From: Octopus sinensis | Taxonomy: Eukaryota | Reading direction: 5' to 3' | DNA length: 64,000 nucleotides | Assembly (NCBI RefSeq): GCF_006345805.1 | Contig: NC_043001.1 | Location: forward strand, 61,132,001-61,196,000 | Shown: one piece after another, positions 39,510-53,951 of the stretch | How positions within the stretch are numbered: the first letter of the stretch is position 1 | Layout of the letters: each line of letters starts with the position of its first letter | Translations under genes and position numbers: made by a program | The notes under the pieces: model-generated | What the model was told of the DNA's origin: nothing | Seen by the model: only the letters and a program-made list of their open reading frames with translations | The model's database searches: none

Positions 39510-41137
39510 CAGTTGCGGTCAAAATGTTCAGAACGGCATTGTTTTCGCCAGAAAAGTAGATATAAGTTTTTATCAAAGTTGTTTTGTGTTCTATACTTTC
39601 CACAGACTATACATACGATATTAATCGTTATTGTCTGAGATTTCGGTGTAATTTGAGAGGATAATACAAAAGTTATGGATGATTTAGCGATTTACTGCAA
39701 AACCCATGGCGGCGAAAATGATGAGAACGGTTGAAAAAATAACAAAATAATCAAAATTGATAGAGAATACTGGAATTATTTAATATTTTGTGTGAAGCCC
39801 TTTAGCTTCAATCACACTTTGACATCTTTGACTGCATGAGGAAATTAAATTTTCAATTTCTTGCTAGGTGATCTTATTCCATTCTTCCTGAAGGGCATTC
39901 CATAATTGCTCGGTTGTTTTAGGATTTCTGGCTTTCGAACGTTCTCCTAGAATATTCCACACATTTTCAATAGGATTGAGATCTGGGCTTTGAGCAGGCC
40001 AATCCATAATAATAACCTTTTCAGACTTCAGGAGGTTCATGACCACCTTAGTCTTGTGACGTGGGGCATTGTCCTGCATGAATATGGGTGGTCGCTTAGT
40101 TGAATTTCTCAGCACAGGCAAGACATGATCTTTTACAAGTTGTTTATAAACTCCTGCATTTACCTTTCCGTGTAATCGCACCAAAGAGCCCACACCATCT
40201 CCAGATATCATCCCCCAAACCATGACCCTTCCTCCACCGAATTTAACACTAGTCTTAAGGCATTTAGGCGACATTTTTCACCTACTTTTCAACGAACGTA
40301 CCTTTTCCCATCTGAGCCAAATAACATAAACTTAGATTCGTCACTGAAATGCACCGTTTGCCATTTTTCTTGAGACCACAACACATGTTCGGTTGCAAAG
40401 GTAAGACGACAGTTTTTATTTTTGGAGCTGATCAGTGGCTTCACTGCAGGTGATCTTGCTTGTAGGTTATGTTCAACTAAACGATGAGACACAGTTGTTC
40501 GAGATAACGTTTTCTTCAGTACAATGCTCATTTCCCAAGAAACAGCAGCAGCAGTTTTAAATCTGTCCTTTTTAACCAACTTTTCCATAGCACAGTCTTC
40601 TCTCTTGGTCGCTTTTCTTGGCTTACCTGTAGACTTTCTTGCTTCACACGAACCACAATCATCGAAGACCTTAAGAATACCGCGAACAACACTTTTTGAC
40701 TTGTTAACAATCTTTGCAATAGACACAATACATAAATTATCCTTCTTTCGAAGCTTAATAATCTGCTGACGAATTGGTAACGGAGTAAGTGGCATTATAT
40801 TAACAAAGTACATTGCAGATATTCTTACTAATGTTTAGTAAACGAACCATCACGTAAACAAATTCAAAACATTAGAGTTCGCCGGTTAAATATACTAAAA
40901 CACGGAGTAAAAGCAACCGTTCTGATCATTTTGACCGCCATGGGTTTTGCAGTAAATCACTAAATCATCCATAACTTTTCTATTATCCTCTCAAATTACA
41001 CCGACATCTCAGACAATAACATTTAATATTGTATTTATTGTCTGTGAAAATTATAGAATATAAAACAACTTTGATAAAAACTTATACCTACTTTTCTGGT
41101 GAAAACAATGCCGTTCTGAACATTTTGGCTGCAACTG
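39510..41137 (-). mobile_element. Full-length Tc1-family (DD34E) transposon with long IR/DR termini, 1628 bp
   Basis: ~224-bp TIRs (39510-39733 and 40914-41137) beginning cagttgc, each with an outer and inner direct repeat (gcggtcaaaatgttcagaacgg / gcggcgaaaatgatgagaacgg). TA TSD, flanked by (TA)n. Confidence 0.97.
39780..40813 (-). pseudogene. Tc1 transposase with two stops and one frameshift
   Basis: FSDESKF, QDNAPRH and SPDLNPIENVW with 34 residues between D and E. TGA at 40289, 1-bp frameshift near 40275, TAG at 39864, end ...AKGLHTKY*. Confidence 0.95.
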
Positions 41138-41176
41138 TATGTATATATATATATATATATATAATATATATATATA

Positions 41177-41459
41177 CCAATTAAGGACTGAACACGAAAA
41201 GTGGACAGTCAACATGCTAGATATAGACGTCAAATCGCCATTCACCACAAAAGATTATGTTCTCAGATCAAACTTGAGTTTGATCTGAGAACATAATTTT
41301 TTGTGGTGAATGGCGATTTGACGTCTATATCTAGCATGTTGACTGTCCACTTTTCGTGTTCAGTCCTTAATTGGTATATATAAATATTTTAATCTTCGGA
41401 TTCTTTTTTAATATGCTAGACCACTGGTCTTAATTGATAAATATCAATTTCTACCCTTA

Positions 41460-41468
<9 letters not shown>
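41177..41468. repeat. Fold-back element: 98-bp near-perfect hairpin plus tail, in (TA)n
   Basis: Arms 41177-41274 and 41277-41374, 2-nt loop, 1 mismatch. Confidence 0.92.
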
Positions 41469-41530
<62 letters not shown>

Positions 41531-41539
41531 TGTATGTAC

Positions 41540-41583
<44 letters not shown>

Positions 41584-41595
41584 GTTTGTATGTAC

Positions 41596-41652
<57 letters not shown>

Positions 41653-41822
41653 CGACGGGCTTCTTCCAGTGTTCCATCTGTTAAATCCAATCGCAAGGCT
41701 CTGGTCGACCCGAGGCTATAGTAGAAGACACTAGCCCAAGTTACCGTGCAGTGGGACTCAACCCAGAACCATGTGGTTGAGAAGCAAGTATCTTATCACA
41801 CAGCCACTCCTGGGCCTGCGCC
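41653..41822 (-). mobile_element. 5' half of CORE-like SINE
   Basis: Matches 36030-36193. Confidence 0.8.
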
Positions 41823-41829
41823 TATATAT

Positions 41830-41900
41830 AAACTAATACATTGTTGCTTGCACACCCGTCTTGGTTTTTTGATTTTAATTTTTTTTGTAAATTCCAACTA
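41830..41900 (+). repeat. Inverted copy of the 3' terminus of the 42420-45720 PLE
   Basis: Reverse complement of 42419-42485. Confidence 0.8.
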
Positions 41901-41909
41901 TATATATAT

Positions 41910-41949
<40 letters not shown>

Positions 41950-41952
<3 letters not shown>

Positions 41953-42330
41953 ATATAAACGGCAGTTTGTCTGTGCGTGTTTCTGTGTGTCTGTTTGCTT
42001 GTACCCTCACCCTGACCACGGCTTTCAACCGATTCTGATGAAACTTGACACACACATAGCCCAATGTCATAATTCAAAACTAACGCAGCGAAAATTTTGA
42101 AAAGTTCCCCCAGTTCTGAAAAAAATCGATAAATTCGACATGGGGTCGAGAATCAAAAAAAATAAACCACAGACTGTCTAGGGGACGCAACTCAACCTTT
42201 TTTTACTCTCAAAAAAAAATTTACCATCATTTTTTTTCTATTTTTTTGCTATTTTTTGGCTATAACTCTCTAAAAATGCTTTATAGTTATTTCCCTTACA
42301 AATCTGAGCAACGCCGGGCGATACTGCTAG
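41950..42330 (+). mobile_element. Non-autonomous Helitron (381 bp)
   Basis: A|TCTATATAAA 5' end, (GTCT/GT)-rich subterminal stretch, and 3' gcaacgccgggcgatactgCTAG|T. Inserted between A and T within (TA)n. Confidence 0.85.
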
Positions 42331-42362
42331 TATATATATATATATGTGTGTGTGTGTGGTAC

Positions 42363-42419
<57 letters not shown>

Positions 42420-42420
<1 letters not shown>

Positions 42421-45400
42421 GTTGGAATTTACAAAAAAAAACAACAAAAGACCAAGATGGGTGTGCAAACAACAATGTATTAGATTAACGCTCGGGAAAT
42501 AAGAAAGCCTTTTACGTTTCGAGCCTACAATCTTAAACAGAAAGGAACACAGAAATAGGCACAGAGAGAAATAAAAAAAAACAGGTTTAGTGGCTAGCGA
42601 TCAATCATGATGATAGCCGGTCAAAGGTGTTTAGACAGGAGAGCTAGGAAGAAGATGAGATTTAAAAAAATAGTGGTGATCCCAAAACGAAGGTGCGCGT
42701 TCGTCTGTATGTGTGTGGATAGGAGCTGGTGACATTGACGTGTGCCTATGTGCATGTCTAGGTGAGTGGTGCTGGGAAGTGGTCAATGCTAGTGTGTGCG
42801 GGGTCGTGTGATGTGGTGTGTGGGGGTCGTGTGTGGTGTGGTAAGATGTGGTGTGGTGGTGTGGTATTGTGTAGTTTGGTGTAGTGGTGTGTGATGTGAT
42901 GGTTTTGGTGTGTGGGGGACGCGAGTGTGGGGGAAACAAGCGTGGGTTGTGGGTTGGGGTGAGGGTGGAGGTACGGGTTGGGTATTTTGGGGTGGGGTGT
43001 GACGGTAGGGTTTGGGTATGTGGGAGTGGCGTGTGAGGATGGGATGGGGTATGTGGAAGTGGAATGAATTGGATAGGGTGGGGCGGGGTGGTATGTGTAG
43101 GGATGGTGGGGTGGGAATGTCTAGGGGTGGGTTAGTGATGAAGGATGAGGGTGGAAGAAAAAAGTGGGTAGGAGTGAAGAGAGGAAGGTGTCAGAGCAAG
43201 AGAGGAGAGGTGGATGGGAGTGAAAGGAGGAAATAGGTGTGAGAGGAAGAGAGGAGAGAGGAGGGGGTTAGAGGAAGAGGAGAGTTGAGCCAATGTGGCG
43301 GAAAGGAGCGAAGAGAGAATATTAATTCTTCTTCACGGCGAAGATGGGAGTCCGGATGGCCCCTGTGCAAGGAAAATGCGAAAACAGACAGGTGTTGTAA
43401 AGAATGAACGGTAGAGCGGAAATAGTGCGAAACTGGGGTGGTGTCGTTGCCGGATCTGATGCCTCAGAGGTGTTCCGCGAACCGGTCAGACAAGCGGTGT
43501 CCCGTTTGACCGATGTATAGAGAAGGACAGGGAGAGCAGGAGATGCAGTAGATGACGTTGCTAGAAGTCAGGTGAAAGAGTTAGTGATCTGATAGGGTCG
43601 ATGATGGGTGCCGGTTAAGATGGTGGTGCTGGAGATGTAAGGGCAAGTGTCGCAGCGTGGGTGGGAGCAGGGGAACGAACCGGATTAGGAGGTCGCGCAG
43701 ATTGTGTGCTCGTTTGAAGGAGAGAAAGGGTCGGTTAGGGAAGATGTGCGAAGTGGAGTAGTCGGACTGTAGTCGCTGAAAGCTATGAGAATTGTGCGTT
43801 GGAGTAGGTTGGTAGTGGTAGGTGAGGGGAAACGGGAGACGGGTGACGGCGGGGCAGGTACGGAGGAAGAGAGCAGATACAAGGTCCACGGAACGTGCTC
43901 TAGCAAGGGTGGTGTGGATAGAGGTGAGGGGATACCCACGTACGATGAAGTAGCGAGCCATGAGTTGAGACCGAGTCTCAAAGTCATGGTTGTCACTGCA
44001 GAGCTTGTGCAGAAGTAGAAATTGGGAAAGAGTGGATGGAGAGCTTGATGTTCTTAGGGTGGGAGGAGGAGAAGTTGAGGTATGAGTGTGAATCTGTGTA
44101 TTTGTAGTGGATGGAGGTGGTGAGAGTGGTGAGAGTTGAGTGATGAATGCTGACCGAAATGTCGAGAATGTCGACGGAAGTGTCGGAAATAGTGCAGGAG
44201 AAGTGGAGAAGTTGGGGCCCATTCTCGTTCCCATGGCCACATATCTGGAGATGAGTTCGTTGAAGCAATTGCATGTGGAGATGATGGGCCGACCAGAGTT
44301 GTTACGTTTGTGGATTATGAGGAAGAAGTAAATTGTGGTGGTGCGTGGGGTGGGGAAAAGAGGTAGGAGGCGGTGGGGGAGAAGCGTGAAGAGGAGATGA
44401 AGTAATGGATCGTAGGGTTGGAGAGCAGAGGACAGTAGAAGGATGTGTCTTGAAGTTCGCCGAAAGCTTCGGCCTTCAAAAGGTCTGCGCACCACACCAC
44501 CACGACACCACCCTTGTCGGTCGATTTTATGATGATGTCTTTGCGGCATCGGAGACGTCGAAGAGCCGACATTTCAGCTGGGAAGATGTTCAGATGTCGA
44601 GGACGCCTGGAAAATTCAAACCGCTCCACAAATATCGACTGTTTGGAACTGGCCAAGAGCTAACGTCCACTGGGACGGTTGGCGGCCCAGGTCAGTGAAG
44701 CAGTCCTCCTCATTAGATGCAGGTGGAGTATCGCGGAATAGCACACACAGCCTAACACGGCACACGAAGCTGTGGATGTGGGCACCAGTCCGAAATTCGT
44801 TGCTGGATGGAGAGAGAGGGATGAAGCGCAGGCTCCAACTTAGGAGGGAGCTCTCCGCCTCAGAGAGGGGAAGGTCGGGAAGAATGGTAACAACACATTG
44901 AAGTGGATAAGGGGTGGATGGGACAGAAGTGGGATAGTGGTGGGGTAGTGGAAGATTGTGAGAGAGAGATGAGGGGTAAGTGTGGGGGCTGGGAGTGTGG
45001 GGTGGGGAGTGAAGGTGGGGGAGCGTATCAGGGAGGGAGAGAGGGACGGAGTACAGGAGGAGTTTGGATAGTGGCATCGGCTGTGATGAAATAGAGAAGT
45101 AATTGAAGTTTATGTTGTTTGGTGTGAGCAAGAAATTCATGAAAGAAAGTATTTAAATGGATTATGTAACGTAGAGTGGAGTTTGCATGGCGGGACGACT
45201 GAGAGAAGAAGATGAAAAAAGCAAGAGGGAGAAGACAGTCGATGGTGTGTATTTTGGAGAGATTAGAACGAATGGCAGCGCGCATAAGGCGATAGGAATT
45301 AGTACAGAGTATGGGTAGGATGCTTGAAGCAGAGTGGATAGTGGAGTAGAAATGGAGGCGGAAACCTTTAGGGATGAGGCGGTGATGAAGGGAGCGACTG

Positions 45401-45720
45401 AGAAAGGAAACGTGGCTAGAGAAGCGTGTATATTGTTTTTTGAAAATTAGTAGGGAAAGGTTAATAGAAGGTTGGAAGCAGCGGAAAGCAAGTGTGGAAA
45501 GTTAGGTGGAAATTTTCGGTGGTGAAAGTGGAGGAGGAAAGTTTTGTAATCGGGCATGATTGAAAAACGAGAAGAAAAAATGGAGAGGGGAGAGAAAAAC
45601 AAATAAAGACGCGAGGAGGAAAAATTCAAAAGCTGTGGGTAGAAAAATTTCAAAAGGCGTGAAGGGAAAATACAAGAGGTGACGGGAAATTCTACAATAA
45701 TAAAGTAACATCCTCCTTGA
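42420..45720 (-). mobile_element. Penelope-like element with internally deleted RT and retained GIY-YIG
   Basis: LPDLPLSEAESSLLS..LRFIP, IIIKSTDKGGVVVVW, GRPIIS, VAMGTRMGP, ILDISV and IHYKYTDSHSYLNFSSSHP. GIY-YIG NVIYCISCSPCPSLYIGQTGHRLSDRFAEH (~43480-43560). Long low-complexity 3' UTR and decayed HHR at 42508-42545. Confidence 0.92.
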
Positions 45721-46199
45721 TTCGTGATAAGCACACGCCCATAAGCACACGCTTTCAAACATGTGCACAGAAATAGATACAAACATATGCATATATGTGT
45801 GTATATGTGCGTGTGCATGTGTGTGTGTGGGCGGGCACGTATGATTTTGTTTCACAAGTATAGTTCTGGTGCAGTCATAATGTCGAGTGTTTGAGCGATA
45901 CACTTCACTTCATGTGGATTCAATTTCCCCGGCAGAAATCGAGTGCAATCCAACTGTTTCGAGTAACCAGTGCTAAGATGATTTGCGAGTGGATATGTGT
46001 GTCTCTAGGAATGCATGTGTGTGTACGTGTTCGTGCAAGTGACGGTTATTTTACAGATATTTGGCATAAATAGAAGTAGACAAATATGAAGTATGAAGTC
46101 TAACTAATGAATTCCCCTGGGAATGATATAGAAGTGCGCGTGTCTGTTAAAGAGGTACGTATAAGCATATATGTGTGTGTGTATGTGTTTGTGAGTGTG

Positions 46200-48125
<1,926 letters not shown>

Positions 48126-48299
48126 TATAAGCTTTTGCAGTAAGCCGTCGCCACTGATATTTGTTCTCTATTATGCTTAACAGAGTGCTGTGATTTGTTC
48201 AGTCGTTGTTGTGGTCAGATCAAGATTTTATTTGTCTGCATCTCCTTCACTCACCTTCAAACGTGTCCTGAAGGATTGTTTTGTACCGACAATTGCGGT

Positions 48300-48830
48300 G
48301 ATATACGTGACCAAAGGGTGGTTTTTGTCTGCCACCATATTTATTGACTTGCTGCCTGATATAGCAGTTAGTTTTGTACTCTGTATACGTTATGCGTAGC
48401 AGCCATCTGAATCATTTGTACTGAAGTACCTGGAATCATTGTTCCATATCAGATGCATGAATCCAGCACTTACACCCGTAGAGAAGTTGGGAAATAAGTA
48501 ATCTATAAACTTTGAACTGCGTTGCAAAACTACTTTTCCATATATTGTTTATCTTCGCAATGCAATGGGAAGACACTGAATTTGTTCCAATAAACACCTC
48601 TCAGGTTCCGATGGAGCCAGAAGTGTGGAAGCCTTGATGTGTCTCCTGCATAATGTGTTCGTGTAAAGAGAATTCCTTGACTCCGGTAGCAGCATCAATT
48701 CGGATATACTGCTTTTCACCTGACTCTCAATCTTGGATTTGTGGCCGTTTTCGTTCACATCCTAGTTACTGCTTCTGCTGGAAGGCTGAACTTCCTAAGA
48801 CCAACCCGAACGCTATAATAGGCACACAGT
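48300..48830 (-). mobile_element. Decayed CR1-like LINE C-terminal fragment
   Basis: LYTNTLCRRHIKASTLLAP...LLEQIQ resembles LY..LVRPHLEY...W.P...LE.VQ. Confidence 0.35.
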
Positions 48831-48897
48831 CAAGACATATACGTATACATACTTACAGACATACAAAAATATCGACTACACACAAGCACACACACAC

Positions 48898-48939
<42 letters not shown>

Positions 48940-50685
48940 ACACGCACGCACGCACGCTGACACACACACATATACATATATACAAGCATAAGTGTGGGGA
49001 AATTTTGGTAGCAAAGTCTTACTTGGAGAAAACTAGTTAATAAGGTTCCTGGAAATGGAAAGGTTGAGATTGAGTAGCAGATTCACAGTCATTGTCTAAA
49101 GATCTACGGTAAGTGCATTGTACATCTATGTGTTATACAAGTTAATTGTATGTTTGATTGTGAATGATTTTTTTTGGTATTTTTTTTTGGGGAAATTAGT
49201 GTTTATCGTTTAGTTTTCGCGTATATGTTTACAACATTGTCTGATGTTTTTGTTACATCATATAACATTGTAAAAATGTATATGTATTTGTTTTGTTTGA
49301 GTTTCGTTGTGAACTTCTGTGTTCAAACATTCTACCTCGGGGATCAATATATAGAGCGTAAACACACGCATTGGTTCTATTTCACTTAATTATTTTTATT
49401 TGTCAATTGGTTAACTATTTAACCAATTATCTAATAGATTGTTTGATTAATCGTACTGTTGATCAGTTAATCATCTCGGTTTATCAAAGTCTTTCTGTCA
49501 CCATTCATACCCTGATGTATGATATACCATTTCTCCAGGTTTGCTTCAGATCTGTCTGTTTTTTAAATAGTCTTGTTAGTAGCTTGACAATTAATTGTGG
49601 TCCACTTTTCGAATTAAATTATATTACACCACATTCGCATTTGTTCACTAAGAGGTGTTTTTTTGTTTGTTTGTTTGCTTTTCTATCACGTTGCTATTGT
49701 GTAACTCTAGTGTACTGCTGAGAATGCAAGCGAAGTAATACTTGTGACTAATGCATGTAGGATGTTTTGTGTAGGATGTGTTTTATTGCTGGTACTATGA
49801 TTGTGGTGTGGAAGTATATTTGTGATGAATATTATTTATTCTGAAATGTAGTGTAACTGGGGCGTAAACGGCAGAGGTCAGAAGCGTATTCGTATGCGTG
49901 TCTATAGAAACGAGGTTAAATGTCAATTCTGGGCGTTACCAATATTTTCTGAATCATTTCCAGGAAATCGAAACTATATCATCATTGTTAACTGGAGTGG
50001 AATTACTGGACTTAGTATTAAGAATAGGTAGGTTTATTGATAAAAGACAATGAAATATTTGATGAACTTTTGGCAATATAGCAGACGTAAATAAACGCGA
50101 GATTACACACAGAACCTAAATTTGGACATTGGGGATGATATCTGACTGTTTTGTTTCCCTTGACTACTCCTGACAAATAACAATATATTTATTTCTCTTT
50201 AACAAGATGCTTAGCTAGCAGGAGAGTAGGGATGCCAGAGAACAAAGGGGCAAATATGTGTAAAAATAGAATATCTGCTATTTTCTGTTTAATTTCATTT
50301 TCTCTACATCGTAATGACGTCTGTATTTATCAAATAGACATTACCAAGATATTTGTTTGTGTTGCTTCTGTATATTTTTACATTGCACTATGATATTATA
50401 AATAACCAAATTGGTCGTACTATTAAATCAATAAATCATATTCAAAAAATTATTGTGACTTTACCTGAACGTAATGTTGAATACAAAAACAAGTCGGCAA
50501 GTCATATGTACACTACGTTTATATGAATATCATAACGTAATCTATAGCTGGACATACCACCATCTCCGCACCTGCTTATTCATCATTCGATATGGTATGC
50601 CTAGCTCTCTTGGAAAATGTAAAGATTTTTGGTAGCAAATGAACCGCCTTATAGGCGATTCAACGCATCTTTTACATAACTACTA

Positions 50686-51965
50686 CACTGGCGAAAATAA
50701 ATTTAAGACCGATGAGAAAAGTTCTATTTCTTACAAAATATGTTGTTACTAACACCAAAGAAATTATTTGTATCTTTTACAACTTATGCAGAATTTATTT
50801 TTCTTTTAAATGATGCAGACAATAACTAATTTTATACAACTTGAAGAATTCTAATGCTAAATTAATATAAACGTTTCAAATTTACCGGCAAAATTAGTTT
50901 AAGACAGTATAATTATAATTTTATTTAAAGCTTATGACTGTAGTAAAAATGAGCAACAAGAACGAAATACATATTAGTAATTTGTGCCGTAGCCTTTATT
51001 CTTAATAACGGCTGCACAACGCCTCGTCATAGAATTCGCTAAGTGATTACAAAATTCTATGAGAATGTTTTGCCATATTTCATTGACATAATCGAAAAAA
51101 TGTTTTAGATTAGATGGTTTTTTAGCATGGACTTTTTTGGAAACATAATTCCACAAATTCTCTCCACGTTGTGTCTGTGCCATTTTGTGTAGCTATCCAC
51201 TACTTTTAAGTAGTAATATCTATTTACCGGGCCTGCAAAACCGATATGCAATCGGGGCAATGGTATTTTCAATTCCGGTCAGGGTTCACATTTGTATTAG
51301 GTGGTTTCACTGCCAGCGCACAACCTCTGCAGCCTTTTACCAGGTTTTCAACATTTTGTCCAAGCTTAGACAGTATAATAAACTTTGCACCAGCACCTTC
51401 ATTCTAGAGAAGACTGCGTGTCCCACATAGAACTCTCTTCTGTAATGTCTGAGGAAAGATCACCCTCTGAGCGCACACTAGTAGACCATCACATATAGAG
51501 TATACGCGCACATCTTGGCGGGATTTTACATCAGAACTTTCTCTATTTCCTTTTGTCGACCACAGTTTCCTTTTCGTCTCAGTAATAAATTTGTCATTTA
51601 TCGCATATATTTTTTTTTCCAGGTTACTGGTAGTTCACGCACGATGTTCCATATCTCTATTTTTGTTTCCGCTCTTAGCACTGCTATTAAGGTGTTCTTC
51701 AGTGGTTCATTATTTCTTGGAATTAACCTAGACAGACCATCAGAACGCCCTAATTGTTTTTGAAATCAGATATTCCATTCTGTTTTCGTAGTTTAATAGA
51801 ATGGTACCCCACCGCTGAAGTTTGTTTACCGTATGTGTCGGTATTCCTTTCTTGGATCCGTATATCGTTATTAGAGGTCTATGGTCCATTTGCAACTGGC
51901 ATGAATGAAACTGTGGAACTTTTTACGCATCTTTTTCAATCTGGCTGTAGCTCTTTTCCACTGGC
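50686..51965 (-). mobile_element. Decayed Tc1-family transposon, one terminus retained
   Basis: ta|cactggcgaaaataaatttaagac terminus with inner repeat at ~50884. C-terminus ENLWNYV...EIWQNI...SMTRRCAAVIKNKGYGTNY*. Confidence 0.8.
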
Positions 51966-52018
51966 AATAACGTCTCTGATGTGTGAGCTACGGCCGGTCT
52001 CCTGTCATCCTTAATCAA

Positions 52019-52100
<82 letters not shown>

Positions 52101-52115
52101 CATGTGTATACATAT

Positions 52116-52156
<41 letters not shown>

Positions 52157-52718
52157 TATAAGTACATTAAAAGGCCTCTAAAAGAAGAATCAAGTACTAG
52201 ATACACAAAAAGGGGATAAATTCATGAAATGAAAATCAAAAACGTTTACAAACTCAGCTCATCTTGTACTGCAGTTTCGTCTTTTTTTTTAGCAGATGAA
52301 TATAATTTATCTGCCTAGGCTAGACTCATCAGCAAGCAGCCTTTGTCATCCTAGAAGTACATATCGTTAGAAGCATGTGCGATTCTAACGACCTGCATTC
52401 TCTAACTTTTCAGACAAGTGCGCAGACGCAAAACATACCCGGCGAACAGAGAGGATGCCGGCAGAAGGTCTACGAGCAAATTTATCGAACAATATGTAAA
52501 CATAGTAAATAGGGTAATAAAATAAATTATTATTACCTGTGTTCTAGCACAAAAGACAAATTAGTCATTAGACTATATGTTATTCATATATAAGTACATT
52601 AAAAGGCCTCTAAAAGTAGAAGCAAGTACTAGATATACAAAAAGGGGATAAATTCATGAAATGAAAATCAAAAACGTTTACAAACTCAGCTCAACTTGTA
52701 CTGCAATTTCGTCTTTTT
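52157..52718 (-). mobile_element. Retrozyme-like non-coding element: 432-bp unit with ~130-bp terminal direct repeat and hammerhead
   Basis: 52157-52286 repeats at 52589-52718 (offset 432). Complete HHR at 52263-52336; half HHR at 52695-52714. No ORF; abuts (TA)n. Confidence 0.75.
52263..52336 (-). ncRNA. Type I hammerhead ribozyme, canonical core
   Basis: CUUG-CUGAUGA-GUCU[...GCAGAU..AUCUGC...]AGAC-GAAA-CUGCAG-UA-CAAG. Predicted cleavage between 52267 and 52266. Confidence 0.9.
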
Positions 52719-52779
52719 GTTTTTTTTTTGCTCGTAGAACTTCTTATATATATGTTTATATATATATGCATATATGGAT

Positions 52780-53545
52780 ATATAACGAAAACAGAAAATG
52801 GAGATGAAATTGATGAATAACAATTTACACCAATTATCATTTATTAACTAATTACTAAAAGACAGAATCTCATCTTACAGTTGTTTCTGTTAGCGGAATT
52901 ACCATGCTTAACCACCACAATAATAATAATAGTTATCATTGTAAGTAATTAATTATACGAATTTCAATAGCGGAACTTCATAAGACCGGAAAATAAAGTA
53001 AAATATAAAAAGTAAAAAGAGAAAAGAAATAGGAGAAAGCGAGAAAACGACAATATATCAATTCATATTACATACTGTCCCTCTGGGAGACTTTCGACCG
53101 ACTAGAATTTAGAAATGGAATTGAGATAGTTATAATATTTAGTGCTACATTCCTATATACCGGATGGAAGGCTACTGCCGGCGTGGGTTAAATATATAAC
53201 AACTATAAGAGCAATTTCTTTAGGTCATAATATAAAAATAAATAGGAAGAAATATAATTAAAAAACAGATAGTTATTAAAATACATAATAACAGTCGGCT
53301 CTAATTTATTGATTTTCTGCGCATTTTACTTATTATTACATGTAGGTAGCATACCCGGACCAACCCCAGATCAGAAGTAGGAATTGTCTGGACAGTAAGA
53401 GTATACTATTGATTAGTTAATCCGTGCTAAGATAGACTTCTTTCTATCATGCAGTTGCCTATTCAGCCGCTCTGAGATCTTTCACGTGCGTCCCATGAGA
53501 ATTTGTGTGTCCCTTGCTTGACAGTGTGCTGGCCTTCTTTGTTTA
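52780..53545 (-). mobile_element. PLE-like non-coding terminal remnant with decayed hammerhead
   Basis: GAAA-CAACUG-UA-AGAU half at 52872-52887 and eroded GUCU-UAUGA at ~52977-52986. Flanked by (TA)n. Confidence 0.45.
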
Positions 53546-53546
53546 G

Positions 53547-53701
<155 letters not shown>

Positions 53702-53708
53702 TGTATAT

Positions 53709-53950
53709 GAAGGGCGGTAGTCAGACTGTCACTGCAAATGGTACTCTTTCCGAAGTGCCACCAGTTCTCGGTGGAGTCCTCCAGGGAAGAGTGCTGGGGC
53801 CACTACTATTTGTGGTTGCTGTCTCAGACTTGCCCTCAGTCACACAGTCCGCCACACTCACCAGCTATGCCGACCATACAAAAGTGTCGCAGGCACTCAA
53901 GTATATCTATGATATCCTAAGTCTGCAGAATGACCTGAACACAATATATA
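53709..53950 (+). mobile_element. CR1-like RT fragment
   Basis: GVLQGRVLGPLLF...SYADHTKV...LQNDLNTIY (PQG and YADD motifs, mutated). Confidence 0.8.
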
Positions 53951-53951
53951 C

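Noticed and set aside
42034-42044. ctgatgaaac inside the Helitron
   Set aside because: No stem II between CUGAUGA and GAAA; chance match.
42750-43290. G-rich tract as telomeric repeat or functional G-quadruplex
   Set aside because: No TTAGGG array. It is the low-complexity 3' UTR of the minus-strand PLE.
43581-44549. 322-aa ORF, the longest in the window
   Set aside because: A frameshift mosaic of the decayed Penelope ORF. Only short stretches are in the true frame.
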